DNA of 64,000 nt from an uncultured Clostridia bacterium (lineage in GTDB: Bacteria; Bacillota; Clostridia; HGM11327), in contig CAMEIT010000002.1 of assembly GCA_945918795.1 (NCBI GenBank), positions 42-64,041 on the forward strand, written 5' to 3'. A program made the position numbers and the translations under genes. Shown one piece after another: positions 30,275 through 41,581 of the stretch (positions within the stretch are counted from its first letter, which is position 1; each line of letters opens with the position of its first letter). The notes beneath the pieces are model-generated. The model saw only the letters and a program-made list of their open reading frames with translations. It had not been told where the DNA came from and did no database searches.

Positions 30275-31186
30275 ATGCTTGGTTTGCCAATAATATATTT
30301 ACTTATTCTTTCGTTTGTATTCTGCGTTATCGCGTACATAACGAACAGCCTTTTTGCAAAGAAAATTTCTTCGACAGGATCGGATTATTATTTTTTCATG
30401 ATGGTCCAGGCGTTAGTCTGCGGCACTACAATACTTATTATCTCGGGTGGGATCAGTAAGGTATCATCATTTTCGATACTGTTCGGTGTACTTTTCGGAG
30501 CTGTTTGTACGTTCCAGACGCTTACTTACCTCAAAGCACTTTCAATAGGACCTTTCTCATACACGACTGTCATGGTGTCGCTTTCAACTGTAATTCCGAC
30601 ATTGAGCGGACTGTTCTGGGGCGAGACAATTTCCGTGGCACAGATTATAGGTATTGTGCTTATGATAATTTGTATTGCGCTTTCACCCGAGAAAAAAGAG
30701 GGCGCGGATGCAAAAAAAGCATCAACAAAATGGCTTGTGCTTTCGCTTGTGTCGACTGTCTTAAACGGCACTATCGGAGTTTTGCAGAAGATTCATCAGA
30801 CCTCCGAGCACAGGGATGAGTCGCCCGTATTCCTTATTTCCGCTTTCTCGGTAATGATAATAATTGTGGTATCTATTCTCATAGCACGCAAGATAAAATA
30901 CAAGGACTCCGGTGACGCAAAAATATCGTTCAGATTCAAGCTGTCGCACATACTCATATTGCTCGGCTCGGGCGTTGCGCTCGGCGTAAGCCACGTTGTA
31001 AATCTGTTCCTTTCGGGACAATTGCCTGCGGCTGTGCTGTTCCCGATAATAAACATTTGCCCGCTTGTGCTGACAACCTTGGCGGCAACCGTCATATTCC
31101 GCGAGAAGCTTTCGGTTAAACGCTGGATAGGGCTTGCAATCGGAATACTCGCGGTGCTTTTCGTCGGAGGCGTTATACCGTTCTGA
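30275..31186 (+). CDS. DMT/EamA-like family transporter
   Basis: ~300 aa, ~10 TM helices, with two EamA-like halves. The upstream ATG at 30263 is too close to the SD. Confidence 0.55.
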   Translation: MLGLPIIYLLILSFVFCVIAYITNSLFAKKISSTGSDYYFFMMVQALVCGTTILIISGGISKVSSFSILFGVLFGAVCTFQTLTYLKALSIGPFSYTTVMVSLSTVIPTLSGLFWGETISVAQIIGIVLMIICIALSPEKKEGADAKKASTKWLVLSLVSTVLNGTIGVLQKIHQTSEHRDESPVFLISAFSVMIIIVVSILIARKIKYKDSGDAKISFRFKLSHILILLGSGVALGVSHVVNLFLSGQLPAAVLFPIINICPLVLTTLAATVIFREKLSVKRWIGLAIGILAVLFVGGVIPF

Positions 31187-31368
31187 TAAATTTGATTTTG
31201 ATAAGGGACTGTACTCTCAAAATGAGATGCAGTCTTTTTTTTATATACCGAATCTCAAAATATGCTCTTTTGGCGCGATATTACCGAAATATGTTGCAAT
31301 TTTTCGGTAAATACTGTATAATTAATACATAAGCCGGCAATGCCGGAGCAGAAAGGGGAACAGTAATA

Positions 31369-32601
31369 ATGAAAATAGCTGCCATTATATCGGAATACAA
31401 TCCGTTTACCTCCGGGCACGCCTATCACATCCGGGAAACAAAAGCGCTTACCCATGCGGACGCGGTAGTCTGCATAATGTCGGGAAATTTTGTTCAGCGC
31501 GGTGAGCCGGCTATGTTTGATAAGCAGTTCCGAACAAGACTCGCTCTTGAAGGCGGAGCAGACGTCGTTTTTGAATTGCCGACGCTTTTTGCGCTTCAGA
31601 CGGCAGAGCTTTTTGCTTTCGGCGCGGTGAAAATACTCGATTCCCTCGGCTGCATGGATTACCTTTCGTTCGGTACGGAAAGCGAGATGTCTTTTCTGCT
31701 CAAAATAGCTTCTCTTCTTGCCGATGAACCGTACAGCTTCAAAAAAGAACTGAACAGGAATCTTGACGACAAACAGCCTTTTGCTCAGGCAAGAAGCAAT
31801 GCCATTGCAAAATATTTCAATCTTTCGGAAGAGGAAAAATTATCCCTTTCTCTTCCCAATTCGATTCTTGCAATAGAATACATAAAAAAGCTCATGCAGT
31901 TTGAAAGTACGATACAGCCCGTATCTATACACAGAGTAGGAGCCGCATACCGCGACGAAACAACATATTCAGATTATATGTCCGCAACGGCACTCAGAAA
32001 GGCCATAAAAGAGGGCAATTTTGCCTCTGCCGCCAAAACTTTGCCCGCAAAAATATCAAAAATGCTGTCTCAGCAGACAAAGTGGGCGGACAACAACGAC
32101 TTTTTTCGAGCAATAAGATACGCTTTGCTTCGTTCGGATGCCGCTTCGCTGAAAAAAATATCGGGAATTACGGAGGGACTTGAAAATTCATTTGTTTCGG
32201 GTCAATTTGCCGCAACATTTGATGAGCTTGTTGAAAATGTGCACTCAAAGCGCTATACGAAGACGTCGATACAGCGCATGATATATAATATTCTACTCGG
32301 AATTACGACGGAAAACATTGAATACTGCAAAAAAAACACAGACACGCATTATGCAAGGGTTCTCGGCTTCCGACAGGAATCATCGGGCGTAATAAAATAC
32401 ATATCCGAGCATTCGTCTATTCCGATTATTACAAATGTTCCCGCATATAAAAAGTCTATACCCGATACGACGATGTTTGACAAGGATATACTTGCAAGCG
32501 ATGTTTATCAGTTATGTACCGGTCTGCCTGCATCGGGAAGCAGACCTGATTTCAAGCTCGTACCTATAATACGCGGAAATGATTTTCCTGAGCTTAGTTG
32601 A
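31369..32601 (+). CDS. tmcAL: tRNA(Met) cytidine acetate ligase (YlbM/DUF795 nucleotidyltransferase)
   Basis: N-terminal IISEYNPFTSGHAYHIRETK, which is the HxGH-type nucleotidyltransferase motif of TmcAL. 410 aa. Confidence 0.7.
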   Translation: MKIAAIISEYNPFTSGHAYHIRETKALTHADAVVCIMSGNFVQRGEPAMFDKQFRTRLALEGGADVVFELPTLFALQTAELFAFGAVKILDSLGCMDYLSFGTESEMSFLLKIASLLADEPYSFKKELNRNLDDKQPFAQARSNAIAKYFNLSEEEKLSLSLPNSILAIEYIKKLMQFESTIQPVSIHRVGAAYRDETTYSDYMSATALRKAIKEGNFASAAKTLPAKISKMLSQQTKWADNNDFFRAIRYALLRSDAASLKKISGITEGLENSFVSGQFAATFDELVENVHSKRYTKTSIQRMIYNILLGITTENIEYCKKNTDTHYARVLGFRQESSGVIKYISEHSSIPIITNVPAYKKSIPDTTMFDKDILASDVYQLCTGLPASGSRPDFKLVPIIRGNDFPELS

Positions 32602-32627
32602 CAATATATTCGGAAGAATACGCGCTC

Positions 32628-35600
32628 TTAATTAATGTTCACGACAATTTTGTGCGTTTTGCCGTCATCGATAAGCGTTATTTCTCCGTCGGGGCATTCT
32701 TTGCCGTCAAGTAAACAGCCATTGCCCTCCGAACAGATCACGTCAATAATATATTTTGTTTTTTCGCTTCCGTTTTCGCGGTGATATTCCACTCTGAACG
32801 GAAGCATATCCTTTTCAACGACAGGATTTACTCTTATCTTGTCGTTTTTTATTTTTATACCGAGTATATTTTCAAGTATGGTCTTATACATCCATGCCGC
32901 AGAGCCCGTATACCACGTCCAACCGCCCATGCCCACATTTGTGCTTGCGGAATATACGTCCGCCGCGACAACGTAAGGCTCCACCTTGTAATTTTCAGCC
33001 TGTTCTTTTGTGAGGGCATGATTTACGGGATTCAGCATTTTCAGTATGCGCATTGCTTTTGCCGCTTCGCCGCGCATTGCAAAAGCTGTGACGAGCCATA
33101 TTGCACCGTGTGTATATTGTCCGCCGTTTTCTCTTATGCCGCATTTGTATGCTTTTATATATCCCGGATTGCGGTCGGTATCCTTGAAGGGCGGCCAAAA
33201 CAGCTTTACGATTCCGTTTTTTTCATCAACAAGATATTTTTCGGCAGACTCGAGAGCTTCTTTTATCTGCTCATTCGGAGTTATATCGGCAATTGCCGCC
33301 CATGCTTGCGCAATAATATCTATTTTGCATTCATCACATTCGATACTTCCGATGGGCGCACCGTCGTCATAATATGCGCGCCTGTACCATTTGCCGTCCC
33401 ATGCGCTCTGCTTTATACCTCTTTCAAGCATATTGCAGGCTTCGGCAAGAAATTTCATGTCATCCGTTTTATTGAAATATCCGCACACCTTTATAAAACC
33501 CCGAATTACATAGTGTATAAAGAATGCGAGCCATACGCTTTCTCCCTTGCCGTTTTCTCCGATTTTATCAAAGCCATCGTTCCAGTCGCCCGTTCCTATG
33601 AGAGGAAGTCCGTGAGGACCTATCCGGAGTGATTTTTTGAGAGCAAGCATACAGTGCTCGTATAAGGACGCTGTGTTGTCCGAAAAGTATGCTTTTCCGA
33701 AGCTTGAATTTTTACCCTCTTTTATTTCCTGACCTCTCACAAAAGGCACCTGCTCGTTAAATATTTCCATATCGCCGCTGAATTGTGCGTATTCAGAGCT
33801 TACGTACGGAAGAAACACGAGGTCGTCGGATATTTTTGTTCTTATTCCGTACCCTGTTGCTTCATGCCACCAATGCCTTACGTCGCCCTCCTCAAACTGC
33901 TGACGAGCCGCACGGAGAATATGCGTTTTTGCTTCGTTTTTGTCGCAGTACATGAATGCGAGCACATCCTGAAGCTGGTCGCGGAAGCCGTACGCACCCG
34001 AGCACTGATAAAACGATGTTTTTGCATGATATCTGCATACGTAAGCCTGATACATAAGAAAATTATTGAACAGCATATCAAGAGCCTTGTCGTTTGTCGT
34101 GATCTTAAAAGGCCTCGTAAGAGATGAATAATGCAAAGCTACGTCGTTAAGAAGCTTTTTTGCTTTTTGGGGAGATGAATATTTATTTTTAAGCCTTTGT
34201 ATATCCTGTACGCTTTCAGCTCCGCCTAAAAGCAGCACGACTGTCCCTGTGCAATGAGGCTTTATTTCAACAGATGTTTTCAATACGATGCAGTCTGCAC
34301 AAACGCGCTCGCCCGAAGCTCTCCATGACGAATAGTCAAGAGCTTTTGGGTGAGAAAATCCGCCTGTTCTGCCGAAAAAGTCTGATTTTCTCGATAAAAC
34401 CGCCTCAAGCTCTCCCGTACAGCCTGCAAACATAAATCCGTTTTCGGGAATATTCATGTTTTCGGCGTATACAATGCCGCTTGCTTTGCGTACTGTGAGT
34501 GCGATATTGTCAGGCACGGCAGATACGGCCGGTGAAAGATTGCATTCGGCATAATAATAAACGGACAGCTTTTTGCTTATATCGCTTTCGTTTTTAATTT
34601 CGAGTAAGGAAACCTTAACACTGTCCGACGGCGGTACGAAAACGGTTTTTGTAACGCCAAGCTTATTTGCACTATGGCGGTATACCGCGTACCCCAAGCC
34701 GTATGAAACCGTATATTGTCCCGTACCGTCCACAATTCTTGCAGGATTGATATATTGCATTGTCGAATCGTCCTTGATGTACACAGCCTCGGCAGGAACG
34801 TCGCTTACAGGGTCGTTGCACCATGAGGTGAGCTTGTTTTCTCTGCTGTTTTTATACCACGTATATCCACCCGCGCTTTCCGTGACGACAGTGCCGAAAT
34901 CGGCGTTTGCAATTACATTGCTCCACGGGGCAGGCGTGTTTTGACCGTTGTCAAGCAGTATTGTATATTCGCTTTTTGCTTCGTTGAAGCCGCCGTATCC
35001 GTTGAAGAACACAAGCTTTGGCAATATCTCTTCATTTTTAGAGGTATCTTTCCTTATAAGCTTCGGCAGTATGGCAATATTTTCTTTTTTTATGCACTTG
35101 TCTTCAAAAAATATTTGAGCGTATATCTGCGCCTCGCTTCCGTACACCGAGACAGCCGCGCTTTGAGCTATAACAGCGCACTCGTGAGGATTCAGTTCAC
35201 TCTTCAGAATGAATATTCCACCCTTTTTGCCTATCATATCGCGGCATGACGACGTGGATACTATACTGTACACTTCGTCGTAATTACTTTTGTGGTATCC
35301 GTCGTCACCTGTTATCAATACGAGGTCAGCCTTGACGTTCCCGGAAGATATATATTCATATGCGCTGAGGATAAGCTTCAGTCCGCTTTTTTCCGCTCCC
35401 GATGTTTTGCAGCATATTATAGGCAGGTCACCGGAAATTCCGAACTGCCACAAAAGTGTTTTTGCGCAAGGGACAGCTTTTGTTCTGAATGCTTTTTGAT
35501 AATACAATGAGCTCAATATGCTGTTTGCGAGCCTGAAGCGCTTTGAATCTATCCTCTTGTACTGCATCGATATTTTCGAATGCTCAAATGCAAGCTCAAA

Positions 35601-38600
35601 CGCTCTTGCGCAGTTGTCGGGATTTGCGTAATGCTCGGTGATATTGAGAATATCCGAGTAATTGTCCGAATACGCAAGGATATAGTCTATCTGAGCGCTT
35701 TCGCCCTGAGCAAGACTAAGCTGTACGGCGAGTGACGCGCACGGTGAAAGAGTGCTTCTGCTTAGTGAGTCATAATCAAAGCTTCGGCTGAAAAACGCGG
35801 GATTTGATGATGTTTTGTTACGACCTATAAAGTCGTAGCGTGACGTTATGGGCAAAATAGCTTTGGATTTCGGGCACACAGCCATAACGGCGGCAAACTG
35901 CTTTGATTTTTCGTCCGTTCGCGGTGTTCGCTGAGTTACTATGGCATTGTTATCGCTGAGGTACCTGCTTTCCACAAACATATCCGAGTATGCGGGATGA
36001 GAGTAGCTTTCTTCGAGAGTCTCAAGCGCAGGCTCAAAATAGTCGGCAACTGTAAGCTTTTTTGTTCTGCTGTGAGTGTTTTTTATACGCAGTCTGAATA
36101 CTGCGGCATTTCTGTCGGGGCATACAGTTATATTGAGATTACTTTCAATTCCGCGCACCTTTCCGACAAACGTTATGCTGTCGGGCTTGAACGTCACGCT
36201 GTTGTATGAGCTTTTGCCGTAAACGGGAGAAGGCGTTACCGAATAAGCAAAGCCGCTTTCTTCGTCTTTTATGAAAATAAAATGACCGTACTGTTCTGCA
36301 ATTTCGTCACTTTTCCATTTATTGAGAACTATATCGCCTGCAAAGGCTATGTTTGAACCGGAATTGCTTATGACCATACTCAATGAGCCGTTTGTGAGCA
36401 TTGAGCAGTGGGGATGCTGAGTGATGCCGTTAAAGCTTTCCTCAATGTTTTTTGCATAAATATCGGGAGATTTATCTATTGTCTGTCTGGGGACTGCGTC
36501 AGGCTGAACAACGCTCGGCAGTTTTTCCTGAAGCAGTATTTCGCCTGCTTTTACCTCGGGAGCGCTGTGAAAAAGATTTATCATGCAGTCTTTTTTCAGA
36601 CAGTTTGCGGCGGCAATTAGGCTCATGCCTTCATGATGCGCCATGAATGACTTTATTATATTGTCGGAGTCACCGGACATATCCACAGCCTCGTAAAAAC
36701 CGTATCTCGAGCACATTCCGGATTGCCTGAGCCTTTTCAGATTTTTTGCGGCCTTTTCGGGCGCAAACGGAAGTGCGAGGGCTGTGGCATAAGGTGCCAC
36801 TACATATTCGCCCGTTTTTGTGTGGCGCACAGCCGCATACGGTATTCCGAACGCCTTGTACTGATAGTATTTGTCGCCGTCAAAATGCCAATAGCCCGAT
36901 TCGGAAATACCCCACGGGCGCTTTACCTTCCTTGCATAGCGCATCTGTTCCTCGATGATACCGTCAAATGCGTTGCTCCACAGCGTATTGCCGTAAGTTT
37001 TGAGCAATAAAGCCGGCATTAGATATTCAAACATCGAGCCGCTCCACGATTTTAATATATAACGTCCGCTCCGTTTTACGACTATTCGGGAGAGGCGTTG
37101 CCAATGTTTTATTCCGACCTCGCCCGATATTAACGCATAAAAGCTTGTCTGCCTTGCTTCGGAGGCAAACATATCGTATGCGTATTCGGAGAGCTTTTGC
37201 GCTTCAACGTCAAAGCCTACCGAAAACAAGTCCTTTTTCTCATCGTAAAGCAGTGAGAAATCCATGTTTTTGAGAATCGATTGTACGGACGATATGCTTT
37301 CGTTCAGCTTTATGAGTATTTCGGCGTCGGTAACGGTATCCTTGTATTTGCAAAGCGCCTGCCTTACCGCAACAAGACAGCAGGCAAGATTTCCGTTGTC
37401 TGCGCTCGAGACAAACATAGGGTGGAGGGGCTTTAGCGTTGTTATGTCGTACCAATTGTAAGGATGACCGTTCCACTTTTCGAGCTTGTCAAGCGTGGCA
37501 ATTGATTTTGAAAGCATGAGAACCGCTTCCTTATCGCTTAAAAAGCCAAGCTCTTCTGCCGCGACACAGCCGCAAAGCATCATGCCTATATTTGTAGGCG
37601 ACGTGCGCATGACGGCACCCTTGTACGGCTCCTCCTGGAAATTGTCCGGCGGCAGATAATGCGTTTGCTCCGTACACAGCTCTTTGAAATAATTCCATGC
37701 GCCTTTTGCCGTAAATTCAATGATCTCTTCCGCTTCGGCAGAAAGATTTGTCTCTTTTTCCTTTTTTGCTCGGCTTAATCTGTATACCGCAAACGGCGCA
37801 AGCATGAATGCTCCACCGATGAGCGCCTCAAGAAGTCTTGACGATATGAGAGCCGAAATGAAAAGTGCGACCCCGAACAATGCCGAATATAGCATCACAT
37901 TATAATATGAACGGAGACTGCCTTTGTTTGAGCTTTCCGATTGCATTGCCGTCTGCCATTCGAGGAGCTTTTTCTTTGATTTGAGCCGCGCAATAGTCCT
38001 TATGACGGCATCGATATTGTTGAACGCGCAATCTGCCGCAAGGAGCATATTCAGAATAGCCCTTGTGAAAACATCAAAGCTGATCCTTTTATGCTCGTTT
38101 TGCGTTATTTTAAGCCATAAAACACTCAAAAGCTCAAAAATACACGGCAATACCGACTGTAAACCATACAGTATGACTGCAGACAGGAATATTTCTTTGA
38201 TGAATATGCCTATTATGAGAAGCAGACATATTGCAGGCTCTGTAAGTGTTCTTAAGAGGTTTTCATATATTTTATATTTGGTTGTTCCGTCAAGATAATT
38301 GTATATTCGTTTCCCCGCGCTGTTTCTTGTTATAGGCATAAGATACGGCAAGAGCTGCCAATCGCCGCGCATCCACCTGTGAGCACGCTTCCTGTAAGAA
38401 ATGTAATTTGACGGCACATCGTCAACAAAAACAACGTCCGAAACATACCCCGAGCGAAGATAACCGCCCTCTATCATATCGTGGCTGAGTATGGCATTTT
38501 CGGGGAATCTGCCGTCTATTACGTCACAGAAAACCTTGGAATCGTATATGCCTTTGCCTGCAAAGCTCCCTTTACCGAATATATCCTGATATATTTCGGA

Positions 38601-40517
38601 AACACTGTTTATATACGGCTCGCTTCCGGCGCTCCCTGCCATGAGCATTGAAAAACGTGTTTTCAGTGCCGAAGTGAGGCTTGTATCCATTCTCGGCTGA
38701 AGTATTCCGCGTCCCGATTTTACGGTAGCGGTTGCGGGGTCGAAAACGGGCCTGTTCAGAGGATGATCAGCTGTACCGACGAGAGCAAAAGCACTGCCTA
38801 TGGGCATTTTTGTGTCGGCATCAAGTGTGATGACATATTTCGAGCCTACAATGCTTTCTATTCCCGCACTCGCAAAGCAGAAATCCTTTGTGTTGCCGCT
38901 TTGAAGGAATCTGTTGAACTGAATTACAGCACCGCGCTTGCGCTCCCAGCCGAACCAGCGGTTCTGGCTTTCGTTGAATTGCCTGTCTCTGTGCATATAA
39001 AAGAATATGCGCTTGCCGTATTTGACGTTCAGTGCGTTTATTTTGCTGTTTGTGAATGCTTTTATCTGTTCGTCGTCCACATTTTTGCCGCAGTCGGAAT
39101 CGGCAAAGTCTCCGAGCAGTACGAATGATATATTATCACTTTTGTTGGAGATATAGTTGATCTCCATATTTTCCGCAAGAAGCTCTGCCTGCGCCGTATT
39201 TACGATAAGCGCCGGAGTGACAACGACTGTTGAGCATTCCTTTGGAATGCCCTTTTCAAAATCAAGCCTCAAAAAACGTGTCGGCTTTACAAGCTTTGAG
39301 GCAATGAAATTCACAAGGACAAGCGCCACGGCGCGGCACGGTATATACATTATAAATGCCGAAATGATAAACAGCACCGTGTTTATGCCGCTTTTGCCGA
39401 GCAGGCCGAGCGATATGCCGAATATCATGAATGTGACGGAATAAAGTCCGACGATATACAAAAGCCTTTTGATGAGAGATGTTCCCGAATTGTTTTCAAA
39501 CAGAATTTTGCCTATATGGCACTTTTCTTCATTTGCCTCGGCAAGTATTCTTTCGGCGCACTCGGTTTCGGAAATATGAAGCTTTTTTGCTTTCTGCTTC
39601 AGCTTTTTGCGGTAAATGTTCTTGCTTTCCGAGTCCATTTTTGCATATGTGCCGTCATCTTCCGAGCTGAACACAGCGTCTGCAATGCACACGTTGCCGA
39701 ATATCCTTTCCCAGTCGAACATATTTATCTTCATAAGGCTTGTTATGGAGTTCCTTATTGTGATGACGCAGTTGGATTCTATATGGCGTGAAAATTCGAG
39801 CACTTCGTTTGCCGACATATTTATACGCGAAAGCTCGCTGTCAAGCCAGCGCAAAACGCCTTTGCAGTCAGGCGCATTCTGTATTGCCGTAATGAATGAT
39901 GCAAGCTTTGCCGCATCGTTGACATTGACGAGGCTCTCGAGAGACTCCGCCTTTAAATCGTTTCTTTGGCATACCTCCTCGGCTGTGCGCTTTATATTGC
40001 GTGCGGAAACGAGCGCTTCATAGCGTCTGCAAGCAAGAGTCAATATGTTCCTTGCAAGCGCAAGAGAAAAAGCCGCCGAAAGCGACCATAATTCGTCCAT
40101 AGTCAGCACAAGCTCCTTTTGGTATTGCTCAAGGAACTCGGTGATGCCGTTTTCGGTCACAACTCCGCCGTTGAAATCTATATATTCCACTGCAATCGCG
40201 TATATTCTCGGAAAGCCTTTCATAATCCCGTCCGAAAGCACGGGAATATCGTGCGGTATGTTGTGTATCGATTTTTTTATGCTTTTGAGCTGCATTTTGA
40301 TAGCGTAATAATTATCGACGAACCATTCCGTCGCGGAATCCGGAATTTCCTCATCAAAGCAATGATTTTCCGCTTCTTTGTAATATTCGTCAAATACAGC
40401 CTCCTGCTGTTTGGTAATAACGAAATTACCGAATGGGGTTCTAAATAATCTGTTTGTCACACGCTTGTGCGACACAGCCAACTCTATTGCCAACGACTGT
40501 AATGTGTTTCTGTTCAA
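32628..40517 (-). CDS. Cyclic beta-1,2-glucan synthase-like protein, with N-terminal TM segments, a GT84 glycosyltransferase, a central glucanotransferase region and a C-terminal GH94 phosphorylase domain
   Basis: 2629-aa single ORF. A DxD-type GT region (VITLDADTKMP ... QPRMD) lies between TM clusters. The C-terminus carries a GH94 (cellobiose/chitobiose phosphorylase-like) domain with a GDWNDG motif. TTG start with an AAAGGAA RBS. Confidence 0.65.
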   Translation of the reverse strand: MNRNTLQSLAIELAVSHKRVTNRLFRTPFGNFVITKQQEAVFDEYYKEAENHCFDEEIPDSATEWFVDNYYAIKMQLKSIKKSIHNIPHDIPVLSDGIMKGFPRIYAIAVEYIDFNGGVVTENGITEFLEQYQKELVLTMDELWSLSAAFSLALARNILTLACRRYEALVSARNIKRTAEEVCQRNDLKAESLESLVNVNDAAKLASFITAIQNAPDCKGVLRWLDSELSRINMSANEVLEFSRHIESNCVITIRNSITSLMKINMFDWERIFGNVCIADAVFSSEDDGTYAKMDSESKNIYRKKLKQKAKKLHISETECAERILAEANEEKCHIGKILFENNSGTSLIKRLLYIVGLYSVTFMIFGISLGLLGKSGINTVLFIISAFIMYIPCRAVALVLVNFIASKLVKPTRFLRLDFEKGIPKECSTVVVTPALIVNTAQAELLAENMEINYISNKSDNISFVLLGDFADSDCGKNVDDEQIKAFTNSKINALNVKYGKRIFFYMHRDRQFNESQNRWFGWERKRGAVIQFNRFLQSGNTKDFCFASAGIESIVGSKYVITLDADTKMPIGSAFALVGTADHPLNRPVFDPATATVKSGRGILQPRMDTSLTSALKTRFSMLMAGSAGSEPYINSVSEIYQDIFGKGSFAGKGIYDSKVFCDVIDGRFPENAILSHDMIEGGYLRSGYVSDVVFVDDVPSNYISYRKRAHRWMRGDWQLLPYLMPITRNSAGKRIYNYLDGTTKYKIYENLLRTLTEPAICLLLIIGIFIKEIFLSAVILYGLQSVLPCIFELLSVLWLKITQNEHKRISFDVFTRAILNMLLAADCAFNNIDAVIRTIARLKSKKKLLEWQTAMQSESSNKGSLRSYYNVMLYSALFGVALFISALISSRLLEALIGGAFMLAPFAVYRLSRAKKEKETNLSAEAEEIIEFTAKGAWNYFKELCTEQTHYLPPDNFQEEPYKGAVMRTSPTNIGMMLCGCVAAEELGFLSDKEAVLMLSKSIATLDKLEKWNGHPYNWYDITTLKPLHPMFVSSADNGNLACCLVAVRQALCKYKDTVTDAEILIKLNESISSVQSILKNMDFSLLYDEKKDLFSVGFDVEAQKLSEYAYDMFASEARQTSFYALISGEVGIKHWQRLSRIVVKRSGRYILKSWSGSMFEYLMPALLLKTYGNTLWSNAFDGIIEEQMRYARKVKRPWGISESGYWHFDGDKYYQYKAFGIPYAAVRHTKTGEYVVAPYATALALPFAPEKAAKNLKRLRQSGMCSRYGFYEAVDMSGDSDNIIKSFMAHHEGMSLIAAANCLKKDCMINLFHSAPEVKAGEILLQEKLPSVVQPDAVPRQTIDKSPDIYAKNIEESFNGITQHPHCSMLTNGSLSMVISNSGSNIAFAGDIVLNKWKSDEIAEQYGHFIFIKDEESGFAYSVTPSPVYGKSSYNSVTFKPDSITFVGKVRGIESNLNITVCPDRNAAVFRLRIKNTHSRTKKLTVADYFEPALETLEESYSHPAYSDMFVESRYLSDNNAIVTQRTPRTDEKSKQFAAVMAVCPKSKAILPITSRYDFIGRNKTSSNPAFFSRSFDYDSLSRSTLSPCASLAVQLSLAQGESAQIDYILAYSDNYSDILNITEHYANPDNCARAFELAFEHSKISMQYKRIDSKRFRLANSILSSLYYQKAFRTKAVPCAKTLLWQFGISGDLPIICCKTSGAEKSGLKLILSAYEYISSGNVKADLVLITGDDGYHKSNYDEVYSIVSTSSCRDMIGKKGGIFILKSELNPHECAVIAQSAAVSVYGSEAQIYAQIFFEDKCIKKENIAILPKLIRKDTSKNEEILPKLVFFNGYGGFNEAKSEYTILLDNGQNTPAPWSNVIANADFGTVVTESAGGYTWYKNSRENKLTSWCNDPVSDVPAEAVYIKDDSTMQYINPARIVDGTGQYTVSYGLGYAVYRHSANKLGVTKTVFVPPSDSVKVSLLEIKNESDISKKLSVYYYAECNLSPAVSAVPDNIALTVRKASGIVYAENMNIPENGFMFAGCTGELEAVLSRKSDFFGRTGGFSHPKALDYSSWRASGERVCADCIVLKTSVEIKPHCTGTVVLLLGGAESVQDIQRLKNKYSSPQKAKKLLNDVALHYSSLTRPFKITTNDKALDMLFNNFLMYQAYVCRYHAKTSFYQCSGAYGFRDQLQDVLAFMYCDKNEAKTHILRAARQQFEEGDVRHWWHEATGYGIRTKISDDLVFLPYVSSEYAQFSGDMEIFNEQVPFVRGQEIKEGKNSSFGKAYFSDNTASLYEHCMLALKKSLRIGPHGLPLIGTGDWNDGFDKIGENGKGESVWLAFFIHYVIRGFIKVCGYFNKTDDMKFLAEACNMLERGIKQSAWDGKWYRRAYYDDGAPIGSIECDECKIDIIAQAWAAIADITPNEQIKEALESAEKYLVDEKNGIVKLFWPPFKDTDRNPGYIKAYKCGIRENGGQYTHGAIWLVTAFAMRGEAAKAMRILKMLNPVNHALTKEQAENYKVEPYVVAADVYSASTNVGMGGWTWYTGSAAWMYKTILENILGIKIKNDKIRVNPVVEKDMLPFRVEYHRENGSEKTKYIIDVICSEGNGCLLDGKECPDGEITLIDDGKTHKIVVNIN

Positions 40518-40654
40518 AGCTATCCATTCCTTTTCCGTTTGTATTTATATCACGGTTATTATTCACGCCTGAAATGAATTTTATACTTTGCACGAAAAAC
40601 AAGTTTACGCTTTTGATAATTTGAGAATTTGCCGCGTTTTACGGGATATTGATT

Positions 40655-41365
40655 TTAGCCTGTTGTGCTTTGCAATTGACTCCGTTTGCTGTAATAGCTC
40701 ATTATCCCACAGCACACGGAAAAAGCGATGCGCCTTTGGTATGAGGGTGTATTCAGCTTCGTTTCTTCGGTCGGATTTGAAATATATCCGCATTCAATGA
40801 GTACCGACGGGGCTTTGCTTGTTTTCAGAACAAAAAGATTTGTTACGCCTTTTATGGTTCTTGTATTTGTTGAATCAAGCTCGTTTTTTAGCGATATCTG
40901 AATACATTCGGCAAGCTGTCTGCCCTCCTCGCTCGGCTCGTAGTAGAATGTTTCCGCGCCGTGAACGCTCGTATCCGAAAATTTATTCATATGTATGCTT
41001 ACTACCATATCACATTCGGCGCTTGCTATTATGTGCTTCCTCTCGTCATTTGTCATTCCCGTATCTGCTCCGGGCACATCGCCGTCGCCTCTTGTCATAA
41101 TGACCTCAAATCCCTCTTCAAGAAGATATTCTTTCAGAAAGAGTGCTACCTGCATATTGAGAACACTCTCTTTTGTTCCCTTGGTGCTTACTGCGCCCGG
41201 GTCAGAACCACCGTGCCCCGGGTCAATGAGAATTACTTTTCCGTTTCTTTCGTTTGCCGCCTGCGTTGACCGGGTGACGTTTATTATTTTCAGCGAAGAA
41301 AATACGATAAATGCAGTCAAAAGAACTGCAACGGTGGCATATTTTATTATTTTACACGTGCTCAT
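40655..41365 (-). CDS. cwlD: N-acetylmuramoyl-L-alanine amidase (CwlD-like, germination-specific)
   Basis: Amidase_3 domain (VILIDPGHGGSDPGAV ... SIHMN ... ECGYISN) with a signal/TM anchor. AAGGAG RBS. Confidence 0.7.
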   Translation of the reverse strand: MSTCKIIKYATVAVLLTAFIVFSSLKIINVTRSTQAANERNGKVILIDPGHGGSDPGAVSTKGTKESVLNMQVALFLKEYLLEEGFEVIMTRGDGDVPGADTGMTNDERKHIIASAECDMVVSIHMNKFSDTSVHGAETFYYEPSEEGRQLAECIQISLKNELDSTNTRTIKGVTNLFVLKTSKAPSVLIECGYISNPTEETKLNTPSYQRRIAFSVCCGIMSYYSKRSQLQSTTG

Positions 41366-41581
41366 ACGGCATCTCCTTGTTAAAGCTTTTTGCAGTTAAT
41401 TTTATGCCGTAAAAGCTTTTTTAATGCACGCATGAGTTTTTTAAAACAAAAACAACGGCAAGCCCCGAGTATTCGCACGGGAGGAGGGCTTTGCCGCCGT
41501 TTTGAGGAAAAATAAAAAAATTACATAAAAACGTTATAAATTATTTAGCAGTCGGTTCATATCCGTTCGGATTCGGCTGAT

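Noticed and set aside
32781-33632. 283-aa ORF and many other 60-140-aa ORFs antisense to the cyclic glucan synthase gene.
   Set aside because: Shadow ORFs lying entirely inside a long, well-supported gene on the opposite strand, with low-complexity Cys/Phe-rich composition and no RBS.
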